From Eledone cirrhosa (lineage: Eukaryota): 64,000 nt of DNA. A program made the translations under genes and the position numbers. Location of the stretch: assembly GCA_964016885.1 (NCBI GenBank), contig OZ024740.1, forward strand, positions 49,786,001 through 49,850,000, written 5' to 3'. Positions 55,709-64,000 of the stretch are shown here, one piece after another (position 1 is the first letter of the stretch; the number at the start of each line of letters is the position of its first letter). The notes beneath the pieces were generated by a model. The model was not told the origin of the DNA. It made no database searches and saw only the letters and a list, made by a program, of their open reading frames with translations.

Positions 55709-56284
55709 AACTAGGAGACCGAATGAATCTCCGCTACAGAGTTAAGAACAAAGTAAATAAATACAATACAGAAGTAATAGAAATAAATAAATACATACAC
55801 GCAAACAAATACGTACATACACAAGCATACGCAAAAACTTACCATAGGTAAACAAAACCACGCACATATAAATATGTGTGTGTGTGTATGCGTGTATACA
55901 AATAAATAAATAATTATATAAACGTATATAAATAAATAAATACGTATATAACAAGCGCACACACATACCTACATGTAAATACACGAATGTTCGGAGAAGT
56001 AAGTCAACCAAAACATGAAGTACACATATACACACGCCCTACATACGTACGAACCTGCATACTCACACATGCAAAATACACGTATACACATAGCCGAACC
56101 ATATGTACCAGGATATATAAAAAAGTTATACGCCATAACAATCAAATATACGTACGAGAAGGTATACGTACCTTCACAAAACATACGGGTAATATATACT
56201 TACCTATGCAAATAAGTAAAGGTATAAACAAAACATATACTTAGCTCCCACATCAGGACGTAAAATATCAACGTATAGATCGTA

Positions 56285-58413
56285 CTATCCGTTAGGGTAT
56301 AACGTGGGGCTGTAATACAGGAAAGTTTTGTGCAATTTATGTTTACAAGCCGAAATTGCCTCAGATTTTTTGTTTAAGATGTGGTCTGTGGCGTAGAGTA
56401 TTTCCAGGGCCTCAGCGGCGCAGAGGTCACATGGTCTTTTATTTCCGTTATACGATCTAGCCCTAGCTAGGATCTCCCAGTGTAACTTATATTGGGTGTG
56501 GTTGTCTTTTAGACTCCAGATATAAGCTGAAAGTGACGTCATATTCCTTCTTAGAGGGTAACGAAAAGAATGGGTATGCATGTAAAGACGCTGCTTGAAT
56601 CTATTGGCGGTTAACCCTGTATAGGCCCTACGGGACGTGGGTGTTACAACCTTACATTTGTAGACAATGTTACTAGAGAGGCATTTCCCGGATAGGGGGC
56701 AATCAACCCGATTCCTACAATTACAGTTAGTACTAACTACAGGGTTGCACGAGTTCCTACGGCTAGGTAGTTTAGCTAAATTTGAAGCTGTGATGTTATG
56801 TGCAAGGTTAGGAGTCGTAGAGTAAGAAATGTTAATAGTATTTCTATTAAAAATTTTACTATATTTATGTGTAGGGGGAAAATGCTTCGTAATAAGGGAA
56901 AGAAAGATCTTAGCTAATGGTGTGGCTACCTCCATATTATATGGTGGGTTATACCAACAAATGCGACGGGATCTATTTCTTCTAGGTCTATTTTCGTACT
57001 CTGTATATGCTACCTTATCGACAAATCCACTTCGAGCAAGAGCTTCATTGTAATAAGTGGAATGGTCGTTGAAAATACGCTCGTTGGTGGAAAAACGGGA
57101 AAGCCTCAACGAAACGTTTCTTACCAGGTTCTTGGTTATGCTGGCAGGATGGTTGGAATGCTTACTTATGTAATTAAGCGTATCATTCGGCTTTCTATAC
57201 GGGTAATACAACCCATTCAATAAGTTGAGGGTAACGTCGAGGTAATTAACGACCTAGAGATTGGCCCCAACCTATATAGAGAGGTTGAAGCCTTTAAAGA
57301 AGGCTGTGAGTTCTTTTCTGAACCTGTCGCAAGCACGAGGTCCGCACTTAGTCATGGTCAAAAGACCATCGTCACGGTACAAACCACCGCCCGCGTTGGG
57401 GAATTCGTCCTTGATAGAGAAAAGAAGGAAAAGGCCGATAAGATCAGTAACCTCCGCAGAGTCACTGGCGCCATACTCACGTCGAATGGGGTACTATTGG
57501 ATTTTTTTATCCAAATAGAGTCGTCGAAATTAATCACCGACTTTCGGGCATTGTGGATGACATCAACTTCGAAATCCTTAACCACTGTGAGTGTTTTAGC
57601 GAAATTGATAGCTCTAAGGAGAAGTGGTAAAGTGATGGAGGAGTAGTAATTGTTGATGTCGAATTGGATAAAACGGCAATGTTCCTTGTTACATATGCCG
57701 TTGAACCAATCAATCACCGCGAAGGAATTGTTCCACAGTGCAAGAGGGGCCAAACTTATAATTTCAGGTATAATTCTATCAAGAATCGTTTTACTAAGTC
57801 TACCTAAATCGAACTTCGTAGGGTTAATAAGCCGAATAGAGGGGTTGTTCGGAAAATTGGATTTGTGATCCTTCAGGGTAAAGTGGGGAGAAATAGGGTC
57901 CAGAGTTTCGGTCCGGTCCAGGATGTTGAGATCAGATGTGATTTTAAACCCAGCATCGTTGATTTCATTGATAACGCACCGATTAGTTTTACGGTAATCC
58001 TTAGTTACAGCATTATGTAATAGTTGATGGTAAGTACTGCGCTCCACTTGATATAGGTTGCCAGTTTTGTCGGAATGGACGTGCACGGCATTAGAATCCT
58101 TAATAGAACGAATTCTATTCTTCAGGTCTTGCTGGAAGGAATTGCTCCTATTCCCAAATTTGATACTCCGAATGAGTTCCAAGACATCATTTTCGAAGGG
58201 TAGCAATGCTGGGTTACACGGGGGGTTATTATAGGTTTTAAACCCAAATTTATCCTGTTTGTTGTCTGCTTTTCGCTGATTATCGAAGTAAAAGGCCCGC
58301 CAACGCAACCTTTTAATGAACGCGTCTGTTTTCTGTATCAGGAGTTTTAGGTATGTTTTCCTGCTTGGTTCGGGTATGTTCTTTGTAGAAATATTCAGAT
58401 GTTGTTTCTGCAT
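56285..58413 (-). pseudogene. Penelope-like RT/GIY-YIG polyprotein, disabled
   Basis: DKTGN, HFTLKDHK..RLINP, QFDINNYYSSI, FDVSM[G], YRDD at 57368-57379, NYLDVTL, WYNPPY, CNCRNRVDCPLSGKC, IVY..AYTG, CDLC; 1-nt deletion near 57471 and TAG stops at 57272-57274 and 57254-57256. Confidence 0.95.
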
Positions 58414-58558
58414 GATGAATATAAGTCAGTAGAGTGCTCAACCGAGGGAGCCAAATAGTAATAATAATAAATTTGAAGACTAAAATCCAAAGAGGGCTCG
58501 ATAAGGATAAATATATATCAAATATATAAGAACCGTAGAGCAAATATTTATTAAAATA

Positions 58559-58634
58559 ACAGATTAAAGTTTAAGCAAAGAATCGCTGCTTTCACCCTTA
58601 ACGGGATCTTCTGAAACTAACAAAGTCAATCTGT
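58559..58634 (-). ncRNA. Hammerhead-like RNA with atypical CAGAAGA core and CUU site
   Basis: Minus: acagattga-[ctttgtt]-agttt-CAGAAGA-t-ccc-gttaa-ggg-t-GAAA-GCA-gcgattctt-TGC-TT-aaact-ttaatctgt; core also at 55303-55353 (-), 13550 and 43351. Confidence 0.7.
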
Positions 58635-58818
58635 AAACGCAGAACTGGATATTTCAAAAAACGTAGAGAAAGCTTTAAGCAATACTCCGACCAGCTTCCG
58701 TCTCACTCAACAAACATTAGGATATACCTTAGTGTAATCCCAATTATACGTTTGGGGTGTTAACTATACATATTTTGCGGATAGCCAGTTGTATTATTTT
58801 ATATGAGACATAATTAAA

Positions 58819-60147
<1,329 letters not shown>

Positions 60148-60902
60148 CATACATATATATATATATATCAATAAAAATAACAGGAGGCTAGACTGGTGTA
60201 AATCCTTGAAAGGTTTATTATACTATGATCATTTTAATGACCGGGTTCCATATGAATCCAGTGATATCATCAGGTATTCAAAATATAACAAAGGAATATG
60301 TAAAAACCTTGGGTCCGAAAAATCAGAGACAGAGAGGACGACTGACTAACTAGCTGCCTTCACCTCGGCCAGTCGCCCTCAAAGTGATGGCTACTCGTTC
60401 TGCTAATGACCATCTGGTGAGGGGGCGAAGGCTTATAATTTACTACCACCTCTCCGCCAAAGGATGAAAAAGAGGAAGAAAGAAAGAAAGAAAGAAGAAA
60501 AAAAGAAAGAAGTCAGCGTAAGGGTCACACTACAGTCAAGCTAGAAAACGCCGCGAAAAATGTTATTCTAAAGAATCTATATTTTAACAAAGGCATATAT
60601 AATGGGTGTCTGTATGTTCTAACGTGTGAACACGTTATATATACATATATATATTTGCAAAGATCGTCTGTAGTTCCCTCCTCTCAAATTCCACTCACAA
60701 GGTATTAGTCAACCCGAGGCTATAGTAGAAAACTGTATCGTATGGTGCCACGCAGCAGCACTAAACCCAGAACCAACTGGTTGCGAAGCAAAGTCCTTAA
60801 CAATTCAACCTTAAGTACCACACGTGACTCGAAAATGGGGTATCCGCTTTTCTGTTTATGTTTCTCGGTGCGTGCGTCTATTAATAAAATCATATTCGAA
60901 TG

Positions 60903-61139
60903 AGTTAGGTCTTAAAATAATGGTTTCAGATTTAGGCACAAGGCCAATAATTTTGGAGGAGGGGAAAGTCGATTAAACCGATCTCAGTGCATTACTGGTA
61001 CTTTATTTTATTGATCCCGTAAGGATGAAAGGCAAAGCTAACCTCTCGGCGAGATTTGAACTCAGATTAAAAAGGGTCGTAACTCTATGCAATGAAGCAT
61101 GGTGTCCGACTCTCTACCGAAGTTAGGTCTTAAAATAAT
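60903..61139 (-). mobile_element. 5'-truncated SINE with a 19-bp target-site duplication
   Basis: AGTTAGGTCTTAAAATAAT at 60903-60921 and 61121-61139 flank a 17604-family body. Confidence 0.85.
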
Positions 61140-63096
61140 AAATGAAATTGAGGTCGAGTTGATGGCAATCATTGGGTAATAGACTAGTTACTATTTCTTT
61201 ATGTCGATAAATATTAGTATTGATACAATTGCAGTTAGAAGTATTTCCGCAGTAAGTGTTATCTTGGTTGTAAGATTAAATTGTAAGATCAAATTGTAAG
61301 ATCAAATTGTAAGATAAAGCAAGTTAACAATTTTAATTGAGGTCCAACTGTAACAGAAAAACCAATATGCTTGAAAGAATTATAAAGTTCTTGCTGAATT
61401 TATCATTGATTTAGGTTTAAACATACTTAATAATAAACCATCATTTTATAACAAACTACCAGAGATTAACTTGCTTTTTCCATATAGAGTACTTGAATGT
61501 AGGATTTGTTTTTATCCGATTCAGAGATTGAAGCGCACAGTGTTTTATTTTTATCCAAATAGTGCTGTTTCCGAAGAGAATTTATTTTCCAGCTTGTAAT
61601 ATAATGTTGATGTATGTGTCTTTAATAAAGGGGTTAGTTTAGCTTCGTTGTATGCAAATGTAAGAATAGGTTCAGTGGTTGTAGGCTAGTAAACATTTAT
61701 GTTAAATTGGAGAAAATTACAGATTTCTCATGGATAGTATAGAAACACTGTAGCAATGAATTTGAATTATTCCAAAGGGGTAATTGTGAACGATAGAATG
61801 GGATATGTTTTTACTAATGATACCCAAATCTGTTTGGGGGGGATTATTATGCTTAGTTGAAAGGTGGTTGGTAAAGTTTCATTCATAGACTAAACAAAAA
61901 TAAAGTGTCTTGTCTGTGTTACCAGTGGTTAAGCCCTATCTTCTATGTCTAGTTCTGTGGAGATAATTTTAGATGTAATATTTATATAAATTAACACATT
62001 TTCCGTTTTTAAATATCTGTAGTGTTGTTATTTGATTAGTGTTGGATTTGATTATGATTTTTTTAATTTTTATTGCTAAAACGTTTCATAACTACTTTAA
62101 CGTTATGAGACCATCTATATCTATCTTTGCGCTTTCTGCTAAGATGTTTTCATAGAAGTAAATGTTCCATCAAATCCTTTGATAGAACTTTCAGGTTTCT
62201 ACAGTAAGCACTTTAGGTCAATTTTAATTGAAGGTATTTGAATCTTTTTTCGTGGAAAACTATATGTTGTTGTTTTCTGTATGATTAGAAAGGGAGATAT
62301 CGTAAAAGATAGCATATTTATTAGTTTACATGTTTATATATATATGTATCAAAGCAAAACCTTTAACTGAAACCAGAACTGAACACGTGGCGTAGACTTA
62401 AATATTAAATTTTCTATAGTTGACAATGATTTTGAGTTTCGCTTTTTTTTTATGTTCAAGCTGTGTTAGAGGAATATATATTAGTAATATATAGATGTGA
62501 TAATAGAATCACAGAGTGGGGAAATATTCTCAATAAAGAACATTACAAAAAAAATAGAAATAGCAAAGTGAGTTTGTGTTCAATATATGGTTAAAGAGAG
62601 TGGAGAATAATAAAAAAAAAAAAGAACAAACAAATTTGAGATGAAAGATAGATGGAAAATGTGTGTGTATAGGAGATGGATAATATATATATGACTGTAT
62701 GAAATATTTTAGTGGTTTATTAATTTATAGAGATAAAATACTTAAATTTGAAAACTTTGATAGAGAGGAAGAGAAATAGAGGAATAATCTACCCCAATAC
62801 TAGGCTGGTACTTCCTTTTATTGAACACGAAAAGATGAAAGACAAAGTTGATCTCGGAAGGGACGTATACCTCAAAGCATTCTATCCATCAGTCTAATGT
62901 CTCCACCAATTCACTGCTTACGATATATATACATAAAATTTAATATAGAAATAGCTTCTGGAACTGTTTCATTCAAAAGAAATCATCAGGAGCGCCATTT
63001 TATATTAAACTTCAATTTTAAACTCTACTAATGTATTGAGTACCTTATTAACTGTGGTTACCACCGATTGAACCCGGGACACACACACACAAGCAC

Positions 63097-63173
<77 letters not shown>

Positions 63174-63176
<3 letters not shown>

Positions 63177-63490
63177 GATATTAAACAAATGGAAACTATA
63201 TTTATAAAACCATATTTATTTCATTATATATATATTTCAGGGATATCATATTAAAAATATGGTATGCCTTCCTCAGACAAAATACAATATATATTGTATT
63301 TTGTCTGAGGAAGGCATACCATATTTTTAATATGATATCCCTGAAATATATATAATGAAATAAATATGGTTTTATAAATATAGTTTCCATTTGTTTAATA
63401 TCGTAAACCTACTCCAAAATCTGTTGAATGCTTTTATATCAGTTATAAAATATTTACTCGTTGTAACCCAACAATTTTAAATAAAACTTT

Positions 63491-63493
<3 letters not shown>
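63174..63493 (+). mobile_element. Spacerless fold-back pLTR element with hammerhead
   Basis: ~115-bp palindrome arms across 63174-63405; tattttgt-CTGAGGA (63305)-agg..cct-GAAA (63343)-T-atat-AUA-atgaaata; tail matches 15007-15090. Confidence 0.82.
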
Positions 63494-63584
<91 letters not shown>

Positions 63585-64000
63585 TTTACTTAATATGACT
63601 AAGTAGTGAGCCTTATCCTCGGGTTTTACCACCTGTGCACTCAACAGACTTCACATTACAAACACTAGCAGAAAAACCACTCTTCGGGTGGTTTTCTGCT
63701 ACCATGTGTAGTGTGTATATTGATATTATACGCAAGTATACGCATGTAGATATGATACATCAAATAAAATCGTAATTGACAATATACACAGAAATTGAAT
63801 GAAGACTGCGTTACACTGTCTTCTGTAATCAGTAACGTAATCCATGATACATTAAAAAAAGACGATATATATAAACTGCATTAGGAGAAAATTAGTGACG
63901 GAAATATATGAATGTTTATTTAAGCGATCGCTAACCGGAAGTGTTGACATTTGACAATTTTAAAGAAGTGAATCTTAATATAAGCAATAAAATTATTCAT

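Larger units (their letters stand above)
55229..58663 (-). mobile_element. Near-full-length Penelope-like retroelement, Naiad-type, with direct pseudo-LTRs
   Basis: RT plus C-terminal GIY-YIG; direct terminal repeats 55229-55399 and 58457-58663; 3' end abuts (TA)n. Confidence 0.93.

Noticed and set aside
57254-57274. Selenocysteine recoding of in-frame stops, as reported for some Naiads
   Set aside because: Both stops are TAG, not TGA, and lie near a frameshift; no convincing SECIS was seen in the UTR
61140-62330. Long AT-rich stretch that may be a decayed transposon ORF
   Set aside because: No recognisable motif by eye and no ORF >=60 aa in the track

Overview
This is a gene-free, repeat-saturated, AT-rich eukaryotic window; the SINE families and (TA)n/(CA)n density suggest a cephalopod such as octopus (inference, not searched). 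No host gene is supported, and almost all ORF-track entries are microsatellite read-throughs. Real coding content is transposon-derived: a near-full-length but disabled Penelope-like retroelement (RT with YRDD, CxC-x5-C-x5-C linker, GIY-YIG; Naiad-type; 55229-58663, minus), a 5'-truncated second one (38869-40797), four RTE-clade LINE fragments and an internally deleted Helitron. Two large arrays dominate: a ~7.7 kb 21/22-bp minisatellite inside an RTE RT frame, and 18.7 apparently identical 615-bp units between (TA)n tracts. The main hidden signal is that the short unique-looking islands between (TA)n runs are mostly Penelope-type terminal repeats carrying hand-foldable type I hammerhead ribozymes from about ten families. 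Some have variant cores (U3-A8; U4A with CUU; U-U closing helix II). Many are fold-back insertions whose hairpin apex falls at or next to ribozyme helices. All RNA folds were done by eye; activity is untested.
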